Both the position numbers and the translations under genes were made by a program. A stretch of 63,868 nucleotides of DNA, filler included, from Octopus bimaculoides (lineage: Eukaryota), in assembly GCF_001194135.2 (NCBI RefSeq). It is 7 parts of 7 records of this genome, joined end to end, with 100 filler letters (N's around TTAATTAATTAA, not from the genome) between each part and the next. Parts side by side here need not be neighbours in the genome. Positions count along the whole stretch, not along the records: positions 47,674 to 58,654 come from NC_068996.1; positions 58,755 to 62,372 come from NC_068983.1; positions 62,473 to 63,868 come from NW_026374255.1; 4 more parts are not named here. The stretch is one strand, 5' to 3'. The notes beneath the pieces are model-generated. The model was not told the origin of the DNA. It did not search any database and saw nothing but the letters and a program-made list of their open reading frames with translations. This document shows positions 53,711 to 63,868 of the stretch, one piece after another (within the stretch, counting starts at the first letter, position 1; each line of letters opens with the position of its first letter).

Positions 53711-53920
53711 TTCCCTCCTTCGCTTTTTCATTCAACTATGATCGGCATCAGTGTTTAGCACATTTGCAGAAATAAGTTTGGGCATTCTAAATACCTTCAC
53801 TTACATTCAGATCGAGGTAAATAGCTATAACAGGTATGCTTCAAGTGTGGTATGTGGATATTAATATCTTGTAGTTTTTGAAACTTATGTCGAATATATA
53901 TATATATATATGCGTGTGTG

Positions 53921-53951
<31 letters not shown>

Positions 53952-56240
53952 GTATACACACACACACACACATACACACATATATATATATATGAAAGTC
54001 TAACACGACATTGAGGAGGTCTGCATGTAGTCGTGAGATGTGTTACAAATAGTTGTCAAAATCTCTCTCAAATATTTCCTAACCGTTCTTATTTAAGGAC
54101 ATTATTATGCAGGAGTGTTTGAAAAAGTTTATACCTTTTTTTTGAATTCCAAACAAGTAAAACCCTTTGTATCTTTAGCTTCTGATTTCTCTAAGACATT
54201 GGTTTTATTCTGCTACTGCATGCCATTGTCACACGTATAGACAACGACAACCGTTACACAAAAGAAAATATGAAAATTCACAAATTCACAAACACACAAA
54301 TTGTTCACATACAGCTGCAGCTATGATCTTAATAAGAAATAGACAGGATGGTCGCGGTTGAAAGGAACTTTGCTTGATCTGTGCTGCCGGAAGCTGAACG
54401 ATAATAACGACTCACAACAAAATTTTTGTCTTCTACTTCTGACTTAATTCTCGACTCAAATCATCTAGACTTGAGAGGTTTTCTGTTTATGTTTCCAGTA
54501 CCCGCATAAAGAGGCTTCCAGGATAAATTCAAACATGATGCGCTACGGTCAGTTCATATCACCACATGACTCGTCGATATTTTGAATTCTACATGAAACT
54601 ATCCCGTTCGATCTGGCTAATAGGTTGAGAAGGATATGTATTACAGTCTCCTTATTTTGTGCAGTGGTTGTGCTCTGTTCTTAATGACAGACACTCAATT
54701 GGTACTAGAGCATATTTTTGAAGGACATATTTGTATATGAAAGCATACATATATTAGATTTCGTGTACGAAAGTGTATATATTTACAGCCATTTCATCAT
54801 GTTGAACCGTTAATCCTTACACATTTTTCTCTCTCTCCATTTTGTTCGTTCTCTGTCCATTTTTTCCCCTTTCAATCCTTTCTGTTGAAGAGCGTAGGCT
54901 CGAAGCGTCAAACACTTTTCCATTTTCCCCAGGTGATAAACTAATACACATGCTTTTTCTTTATTTTTTGCTTTCTATAGATTCGAACTATAAATGTGCG
55001 TGTGCGCGTGTGTGTGTGTGTGTTTCTGTGTGTTTATATATANNNNNNNNNNNNNNNNNNNNNNNNNNNNNNNNNNNNNNNNNNNNNNNNNNNNNNNNNN
55101 NNNNNNNNNNNNNNNNNNNNNNNNNNNNNNNNNNNNNNNNNNNNNNNNNNNNNNNNNNNNNNNNNNNNNNNNNNNNNNNNNNNNNNNNNNNNNNNNNNNN
55201 NNNNNNNNNNNNNNNNNNNNNNNNNNNNNNNNNNNNNNNNNNNNNNNNNNNNNNNNNNNNNNNNNNNNNNNNNNNNNNNNNNNNNNNNNNNNNNNNNNNN
55301 NNNNNNNNNNNNNNNNNNNNNNNNNNNNNNNNNNNNNNNNNNNNNNNNNNNNNNNNNNNNNNNNNNNNNNNNNNNNNNNNNNNNNNNNNNNNNNNNNNNN
55401 NNNNNNNNNNNNNNNNNNNNNNNNNNNNNNNNNNNNNNNNNNNNNNNNNNNNNNNNNNNNNNNNNNNNNNNNNNNNNNNNNNNNNNNNNNNNNNNNNNNN
55501 NNNNNNNNNNNNNNNNNNNNNNNNNNNNNNNNNNNNNNNNNNNNNNNNNNNNNNNNNNNNNNNNNNNNNNNNNNNNNNNNNNNNNNNNNNNNNNNNNNNN
55601 NNNNNNNNNNNNNNNNNNNNNNNNNNNNNNNNNNNNNNNNNNNNNNNNNNNNNNNNNNNNNNNNNNNNNNNNNNNNNNNNNNNNNNNNNNNNNNNNNNNN
55701 NNNNNNNNNNNNNNNNNNNNNNNNNNNNNNNNNNNNNNNNNNNNNNNNNNNNNNNNNNNNNNNNNNNNNNNNNNNNNNNNNNNNNNNNNNNNNNNNNNNN
55801 NNNNNNNNNNNNNNNNNNNNNNNNNNNNNNNNNNNNNNNNNNNNNNNNNNNNNNNNNNNNNNNNNNNNNNNNNGGTATATATATATAAATTCATAAGAAT
55901 GGTACAACAAGGTACCGATATTTGCTGGAGAATAGCAATCGATATAAAAACGACGCTATTGTATAGCTTCACTGCGTATATACTGGCAAAAATGCGTGTG
56001 TGCAACAAAACATGAAAAACTTGTCTTACCTTAGGAAGAACATCCGAAAATGAACAACCCAGACCAAGGATAATGCAATACCTAAGTTTCAGACCTTTCA
56101 AATACGTTTCACAACGCAAATCTGATTAGTCTTCATCAGTTGCATTTACCTAGACAACATTTCAAATGTTGCTACACCAATGCCAAGTATACTCGCCCGA
56201 ACGCCAAGCCGTTAACGGAACTGAGAACAGTGAAGAAGTC

Positions 56241-56272
<32 letters not shown>

Positions 56273-56394
56273 TGGAAAAATTTAAATAATCACAAAATCG
56301 CGAAAACTATAGATCAACAAACAAATGTTTTGGACTACATCTGTAGCTTATTATTTAATACAAAACATCACATAACATTTATGTAACATAACAA

Positions 56395-56480
56395 TTCTTA
56401 CGGCCGTTTCTGCTTCCAATATTATTCTTCATCTTCATAGGATATTCGAACCAGAACAAGGAGCTTCATCAGAGTGAATA
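56395..56480 (-). ncRNA. Candidate minimal type I hammerhead ribozyme motif (Penelope-like element type)
   Basis: The minus strand reads cact-CTGATGA-a-gctcc...(~42 nt)...ggaagc-a-GAAAC-GGCC-GTA-agaatt. The core is intact, with a palindromic 4-nt loop in place of helix III and a GUA cleavage triplet. Helix I is weak (2 bp) and the base of helix II is an A.A mismatch. Confidence 0.5.
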
Positions 56481-57254
56481 CAAAAGCATCCAGAAAATAA
56501 ACAAAAGGAAGAGTGAATAGGAAAGAAAATATGGCCTAGAGAGGAAGCCGATAGTAAATACAAATATTTTATCCCTTAGTTGGTTACATAGCCACTCCAT
56601 CGATTTGGATGTTGGATGATAGGCGTAATCGATACCGGCTATTTGAGAGACTATGTTGCATTTCTGGGTTGTGTTATGGCCTCAGAGATGGTGGAATAGC
56701 CAAAAATATTGTATCTGTTATGACATCTCAGTTTCGATTCCATTTCGCGAAGCATCAGGTCTAACGCAAACATTGTATGACAAATCGTTTAGGCGAAAAC
56801 TGTTCAGAAGCCGGTCTGACATCCTTTGCCTGGAATTCAAAAGACCGGCATCGTTGAATTTTGTGTCCCGCTGATTCTGCCAAACTATTACGGTTGAAGA
56901 TTAATGAACAAAACTGAGTAGATAGGAGAATGCATGGAATCTCATCAGATAAATTGTATCAGAGACCTGGCATATCACATACTATGACTTTATGTCAAGG
57001 GATACACTTGCTCGGAGAATTTACTCAGGTACGTATATTATAAGTTAATGTATAGATAATTCACATGATCGGATAACTGAAACACTCATCGTCGAAAGCG
57101 ACGGGGGATCCATTACTCCCTCTCTGTCTGTTTGTCTGTTTGTCTCTTCTCTCTCTTTCTCTCTTTCTTTCTTTCTCTATTTCTTTCACTCCTTTTCCTT
57201 CTCTTGCTCTCTCTTGCTCTCTCTCGTTAACTCATTTTCTTTCTCACGATCTCA

Positions 57255-57332
<78 letters not shown>

Positions 57333-57985
57333 CACACACACACATGCATACAAGTACTAGCTCTCCTCTCTCTGTGTTTCCATGTGCAAGTATCTTTGGA
57401 TATGTGTGTACTTGAACACGTCTACATATAAGTGAATGTGAGTGTGTGTGTGTGTGTGTGTGTATGTGTGTGTGCGCACGTGAAAGTGTGAAGGGGGTAC
57501 GCACGTATTTCTTCTTACATAAGGGCGTATGTGCACTGATTCTGATGACGTTTCCTTTTTCGTTTTTTTTTAACTTTTATTTTGAATTCTGCAGAATCAT
57601 CGCACGTAAATTTAAAAGTCATTAATTAGTTTAAAGAGTATTTAAGAGACAAAGAAACCAAAACAAGAAAAAAAAAAAACGGAGCAAGAAAAAAGTTAAA
57701 AGAAATATAAAACTGTAAAAGAAAGAACTATTCATGTCAGTGGTTGCCGCATGAAGAAATAATAATTGGCATGTTTTATCAACGGCATTGCCATTCCGAA
57801 CAACTTTGACACTATCTAAAATGTTTATCTATTTATCGATCCTTGACCTAAAGGTGTCAACCACAGTAATAAAAGACGCTGGCTTTTAGTAATACCAATT
57901 TTTTCCTCCTAACGATAAGGCGCTTAAAGTATAAGTGACAGCTAACAAATAACTGAACTGGAGACTATTTTAATTCAAGGTTCTC

Positions 57986-58074
57986 TTGTTGAGACATTTA
58001 AAAAAAAATTATTTGAGTAGTAGTAGTAGTAGTAGTAGTGGCAGTATTAGCAGTAGTAGTAAGAGTGGCAGTAA

Positions 58075-58130
<56 letters not shown>

Positions 58131-58149
58131 ATAGTAGTAGTAGTAGTAA

Positions 58150-58182
<33 letters not shown>

Positions 58183-58267
58183 CAGAAGCAGCAGCAGTGG
58201 CAGTAGTAGTAATAGTGATAGTAGTAGTTGTTGTTGTGCTAGTAGCAGTAGTGGTGGTGATGCTGGC

Positions 58268-58302
<35 letters not shown>

Positions 58303-58379
58303 TGGCGTTGGTAGTATTAGCAGTAGATGTTGTCGTAGCAATAGCAGTAGTAGTGGTGGCGGTGGTGATGATGCTGCTG

Positions 58380-58430
<51 letters not shown>

Positions 58431-58493
58431 ATGCTAGTTGTTGTTGCAGTTGAAGTAATAGTAGTAGAAGTAATGATGGTAAGTGTAGTAGAT

Positions 58494-58530
<37 letters not shown>

Positions 58531-58654
58531 TAGTAGTTGTAGTAGTAGTAGTAGTTGTAGTAGTTGTAGTAGTAGTGGTGGTGGTGGTGGTGGTGGTGGT
58601 GGTTGTGGTCGTTGTAGTGGTTGTAGTGGTGGTGGTGATAGCAGTAGCAGCAGT
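57986..58654. repeat. Compound (AGT)n/(GGT)n/(AGC)n microsatellite
   Basis: Direct inspection; explains the poly-Ser, poly-Val and poly-Leu ORFs. Confidence 0.95.
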
Positions 58655-59069
58655 NNNNNNNNNNNNNNNNNNNNNNNNNNNNNNNNNNNNNNNNNNNNTT
58701 AATTAATTAANNNNNNNNNNNNNNNNNNNNNNNNNNNNNNNNNNNNNNNNNNNNATGCCCAACCCCGGAAGTCACCGCACGCCACTGATGTATGGATATA
58801 TGCATATATTTATATACTATTTATATTATTATATGATCGAACGCCACGCATCCCTCTCCAAGTAAGTTTTTATTTGTGTATATATATATATATATATATG
58901 CATATATATATTATTTATATGATTATTTGATTGAATGCCATTCATCCATTTCCAAATTAGTTTATCTTAATCTTTTTGATGTGACTCTATACTGTTTTTC
59001 TCTCCCATCATTATCTTTCTCATCCTTTCTCTAATTCCCTTTTTTCTCCTCTTCACCATTTTCTATCTA

Positions 59070-59121
<52 letters not shown>

Positions 59122-60443
59122 CTCCTTTACTCTCTCTCGTTGCTCACACATGACCATCATCCATCTTTCTTTTCCTTGTGTGGTCGTCTTTCTTTTCTTT
59201 CAGCTCTGTCCTAAGGACTGGATGTATCCTATTTCTCTCTTCTATCTTTTCTCTTGTCAAAGAAAATATTTCTCCAGTGTTTGCTATTTTACCCTCGTTC
59301 TGGTCTAACAACCCTCCATATTTGTTGCTGTTTGGTTTCCTTGTATGTCTCCACCATCCTGTTTTTTGTATATATATATCAAGAAATAAAGATATATACA
59401 CGTATATATATCTATCTATCGTAAACTTATATTTTCCAACGCTACTCTATCTCTTTCTCTTCCTCTATCATTTTTTCCCCCCTCTCGTTCTTCCTCTTTA
59501 CTACTACGTATCTCGCTTTACCCCTCTCGTTCTTCCTCTGTTACTTCTACGTATCTCTTTTTTCCCCCCTCGTACTTCTTCTCTTTCTCTTTTCCTCTCG
59601 TTGCTCACCTATTCTTCTACTTCCTCCCTTTGTTTCTCCCTCTACCACTCTCTCTCTTCTCCTTACACTGGCATGGTCACATGCTTCCGGTCAATAATCC
59701 TTTTCTCCCTTGGCTATCGCCGAGCAAACACGCGTAACTACTTCGTCCCTTTCAAGTTCGTGCCTCACAGCNNNNNNNNNNNNNNNNNNNNNNNNNNNNN
59801 NNNNNNNNNNNNNNNNNNNNNNNNNNNNNNNNNNNNNNNNNNNNNNNNNNNNNNNNNNNNNNNNNNNNNNNNNNNNNNNNNNNNNNNNNNNNNNNNNNNN
59901 NNNNNNNNNNNNNNNNNNNNNNNNNNNNNNNNNNNNNNNNNNNNNNNNNNNNNNNNNNNNNNNNNNNNNNNNNNNNNNNNNNNNNNNNNNNNNNNNNNNN
60001 NNNNNNNNNNNNNNNNNNNNNNNNNNNNNNNNNNNNNNNNNNNNNNNNNNNNNNNNNNNNNNNNNNNNNNNNNNNNNNNNNNNNNNNNNNNNNNNNNNNN
60101 NNNNNNNNNNNNNNNNNNNNNNNNNNNNNNNNNNNNNNNNNNNNNNNNNNNNNNNNNNNNNNNNNNNNNNNNNNNNNNNNNNNNNNNNNNNNNNNNNNNN
60201 NNNNNNNNNNNNNNNNNNNNNNNNNNNNNNNNNNNNNNNNNNNNNNNNNNNNNNNNNNNNNNNNNNNNNNNNNNNNNNNNNNNNNNNNNNNNNNNNNNNN
60301 NNNNNNNNNNNNNNNNNNNNNNNNNNNNNNNNNNNNNNNNNNNNNNNNNNNNNNNNNNNNNNNNNNNNNNNNNNNNNNNNNNNNNNNNNNNNNNNNNNNN
60401 NNNNNNNNNNNNNNNNNNNNNNNNNNNNNNNNNNNNNNNNNNN

Positions 60444-60491
<48 letters not shown>

Positions 60492-60591
60492 GATAGACAT
60501 ACATGTTATACTGCATTTGAAATATTACTTTCTTGCCTGTATGATATGATGATACACATTCTACGCTTTCAAAAAACCCAAAAAAGTTTGT

Positions 60592-60644
<53 letters not shown>

Positions 60645-60646
60645 CT

Positions 60647-60698
<52 letters not shown>

Positions 60699-61399
60699 TT
60701 AAATGAAAGTAATGTGGGAGGAAGTACTGTATGATTGCAGCTCATTGAACAGTTACCAGGTTCAAGGTATAATTATTTAGATGAAGAAAAGAGAAATTCA
60801 AGTCAATGTTATAATCCTTTCAGTATACGAACACTATTTATCCAACCCACATATAGTTATGTAACACACACAATATATACAACATATGCAGTACAATAAA
60901 ATTATTATTGTTCATTCACATCATATCAGATGCTAGGATGTTCGTTGATGAAGGATTGTATACATTCTGTGAATTTGCATACAGTTTATACACCCATGTA
61001 GTTATATAAGTTGAATATGTTTAAAATTATGATATCTGAGGATATCAATGAGCAATATTTATTTTATTTTATTGTACACTTTGCATATGTTGTATGTATT
61101 TCATAACTTTATGTGTGGTATGGAGCAAACAGTGTTCATTTATTGAAACAATCATAACATCTATTTGAATTTCTCTTCTCCCTACTATTATTATACATTC
61201 TATACTTTATGCTTTTGCTGATGGGGAAATCAACAAAGTGCAGATTTAAGAAGCTCTGTCTTAATCATATTTTATCCTTCTGAAATTAAGATAAGAGAAA
61301 TGTCCAGTTCTTTCTAGGAGGAGAAGAAGGAGGGAAAAGAGCAGATATAAAAGTAGAGGGAATGTAAGTAAAAGAATAAAAGGTTTTAAGTGAACTTAC

Positions 61400-62068
61400 T
61401 GTAAAACTTTCAGGTTTGAAATTTCCTGCTTCTGCTAATCTGCGGACATTTTCTTCTATTACAATTTTTGGGTCTTTTTTCTTTGTAATATATAGAAGGT
61501 TAAGGGATTTCAATCCTGCTATGCTAGATATCCCACCAGTACGAGTTGAGTAACCATGGTAAAATATGTCTTTTGGAATCAGAGGAGATTTTATAATTCG
61601 AATTGGTTCATTAGTATTAATGGTTTTTAGCATTTCACGGCATTCTTCTTGTAAACGCTTTAAATCAATTTCTGGCTCTATTTCAGAAGCTTCTCCTAGG
61701 GTTTTAAAAGAAAATTCATATTGACGTGCTGTCATTAAAATATTGGTGAGAGCCTTCCACATGTGAATTTTATCATTACTAGATGTTATAAAGATGCTTT
61801 CAAAGTTTCTATCATCAAGATGCCTCTTTGCAAGAAATAGCAGTTCAGGATTACTTTCTGAATAGAAAGTTTGCATCATGGTGGAATATTTCTTTAATTT
61901 TTCATTTATTTGTGTAATGTCTTTGTTGTCTGAGTCTTGTCCAAGAAGATAAATATGCAATGAACAATCCTCAGCTGACAAATTATCACAGAGGCTATAA
62001 AGGTCTGCTTGGAGGGAATATTTTATAATCGATGTTGTGTCAACTAACAGTGCTATTTTGGTATTCAT
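61400..62068 (-). CDS. LACC1: First coding exon (223 codons) of a LACC1/FAMIN homolog (laccase domain-containing 1, YfiH/PgeF-family purine nucleoside enzyme); gene continues beyond this exon
   Basis: The ORF contains IKSPLIPKDIFYHGYSTRTGGISSIAGLKSLNL...KKKDPKIVIEENVRRLAEAGNF. This matches the YfiH/LACC1 HGF(S/T)TRxGGxS, SLNL and ENxRRL motifs, after a long N-terminal extension as in animal LACC1 (family motifs recalled, not searched). Acceptor tttttttctcttttag|G lies at 62096/62095, 27 nt upstream of the ATG at 62068. Donor ACA|GTAAGT lies at 61400/61399 (phase 0). The ORF tail after ...PESFT is intron read-through. Confidence 0.9.
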
Positions 62069-63023
62069 ATTGAATTCTTGATTCCAGCTATAGTCCTAAA
62101 AGAGAAAAAAATAGTTATCTCAAGTAAACATATGAACATTGTAGTTATAACATACTTTTGAAAATCAACTATTTGCAAGGTTGTGCACCATTCATTTGTG
62201 TCCATATAAGTAAGATTCAATATGAAAATAAATAAATATGAAGAATATAAATTTCTTAACCTTTTGATAGCAACCCAGGTGACTCCACCTCTTGTTTCTT
62301 TGATACAAACTTAATGTTTTAAAGTGATCTAAATAAAAATCTTAAGAAATGGATATGTATATATATATATATNNNNNNNNNNNNNNNNNNNNNNNNNNNN
62401 NNNNNNNNNNNNNNNNTTAATTAATTAANNNNNNNNNNNNNNNNNNNNNNNNNNNNNNNNNNNNNNNNNNNNGAATAATATATATATATATATATATAAT
62501 TATAATTACATTGATAATTAAACTGCCCCTGCAACAAATACAAAACATTGGGTAGTGGGAAGGGTGAGGGAAAGGGTAGGATGGGATAGAATATCGGAAG
62601 ATAATAACTGAAAGGCCTTCTTACCTTTAAGCTCAAAATACATCACTTCAGAAAAATTGCCAACATGGGTCATCTGTGAAAAAATGCTTTTTGTATGCCC
62701 AGCAACCTTTAATGAATATTTTTTATTTGGAAATAAATCTTCTACTGTTGCCTGGAAATAGAAAATGGAGAACAGTTAAAACCAAATATGTATACTGTTT
62801 CATAATTGTTCAAGTACACAAATGCAAATGCAGTCTCACTTTGTTGTTTCTACAAATATGTCTTAACTTTTACATGCATGCAAACTATATTTGATATGTG
62901 CATACATCTCCATATACATACACCTAGACATACATCTCCACATACATAATGAACATACATCATCACACATTCCTACTCTTACATGTTGTCACATAATTAG
63001 TCCTTTACGTAAGACTTCATGTA

Positions 63024-63247
63024 TACACGAGGGGGTACTGAAAAGTTCCTGTCTTCAAAGGTATCACGAAAGGCCTGGTTGGAGACCCAACCTCCCAAGT
63101 TCTTTTACAGGGATTAGAAAAATTGAATGACTGCTGTAATAAGCATGTGAATCTGAGAGGGAAATATGTTGAACAAAATCATAATTGACTGATCCTTGTA
63201 TATTTTGTTTTGCCCAAACCCAGGAACATTCAGTACTCCCCGTCATA
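63024..63247. mobile_element. Mariner-derived MITE (~220 bp)
   Basis: Left TA-cacgagggggtactgaaaagttcct; right end in reverse complement TA-tgacggggagtactgaatgttcct. Retains a remnant of the transposase C-terminus (...LRGKYVE). The TIR resembles that at 27249. Confidence 0.75.
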
Positions 63248-63544
63248 CTTGCATGCGCATACATTATCTATCATGCCTATAGTGTTGAGCATGAATGTGC
63301 ACAGAAGCAAATACACACTCTCACTTCTCAGTAATTGTGCACATGTGCACATGAGCATGCATATATATGCTTGTATGTATAAGCATATATTTGTGAGTAC
63401 ACATCCATATGTCAATGTATGTATGCCTGCGTATACATGTACATATGTTTGGAGGCATAGGTATATACATATGAGACTGTGGGGCACCAAAGGGCAAATG
63501 CTTTCTACATTACCAGAAGTAGATTGTTTCTTTGTCTGCATTTT

Positions 63545-63868
63545 TCCTTGGTTGTGACCGCATGGGTGATGGTGCACTTGCTTTTAATGATTCGGAAAAG
63601 AAAGAGGCTTGGAGAAGCCATTATGAAAGGCTGCTGAATGTGGAGGCTGAATGGGAGGAGGAGAGCCTGCCAAATGTTCACCCAGTAGAGGGACCAGCTG
63701 TCCGAATAGACAGCTCCCTTGTAGATAAAGCAATTAAGGGTATGAAGCCAGGAAAAGCCCCCGGCTCATCAGCAAACACTGCTGAGATGCTTAAAACATC
63801 TGGCGGTGTGGGCTATGGCCTAGTCACCCGTATTGTAAACCAGATAGTTCATGATGAAGTCATACCCA
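63545..63868 (+). mobile_element. RTE-clade LINE ORF2 fragment (linker before RT), open frame to the window end
   Basis: GDGALAFNDSEKKEAWRSHYERLLNVEAEWEEESLP...VDKAIKGMKPGKAPGSSANTAEMLK...IVNQIVHDEVIP, resembling W..YF..LLN...AI..MK.GKAPG.D.I.AEMLK. Confidence 0.85.

Noticed and set aside
56020-56119. Possible minus-strand exon ending AAG|GTAAGA (..LGLGCSFSDVLPK)
   Set aside because: No convincing acceptor or recognisable protein; it does not resemble the expected next LACC1 exon and lies across an artificial join.
56090-56145. CTGATGA...GAAAC spacing on the minus strand resembling another hammerhead
   Set aside because: Helix II does not pair, and there is no GUH/NUH site or helix III after GAAAC.
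57986-58706. Poly-Ser, poly-Val and poly-Leu ORFs that could pass for a low-complexity protein
   Set aside because: Pure trinucleotide microsatellite, open in several frames, with no splice or homology support.
61286-61399. Last 37 aa of the 260-aa ORF (VSSLKTFYSF...)
   Set aside because: Begins exactly at a GTAAGT donor and loses family similarity; interpreted as intron read-through.

Overview
AT-rich eukaryotic genomic DNA, roughly 15% N, dense in (AT)n, (AC)n, (ATAG)n, (AAT)n, (AGT)n and (AG)n microsatellites and in at least six SINE-like families. This repeat landscape suggests an octopod cephalopod, probably Octopus (inference). The window is not contiguous. Six identical 100-bp joins (44 N + TTAATTAATTAA + 44 N) split it into seven pieces: 1-9509, 9610-25561, 25662-35121, 35222-47573, 47674-58654, 58755-62372 and 62473-63868. 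The only well-supported host coding sequence is the first coding exon of a LACC1/FAMIN (YfiH-family purine nucleoside enzyme) homolog, minus strand 62095-61400, with a clear acceptor and donor. I found no downstream exons in the window. Everything else recognisable is decayed mobile DNA: Dong/R4-type LINE pieces beside (TAA)n arrays, CR1/Jockey-type and RTE LINE pieces, a Penelope-like RT, several mariner relics or MITEs, a piggyBac-like MITE, and probable hAT and Helitron-like relics. The most unusual signals are minimal hammerhead-ribozyme-like motifs, one intact in its core at about 56395-56480 and a degenerate pair inside a 346-bp fold-back palindrome at 47904-48249. A head-to-tail SINE array with alternating tail types (43650-44850) also stands out. 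Most ORFs in the supplied track are microsatellite or N-gap artefacts. All family assignments come from motifs I recognised by eye, not from database searches.
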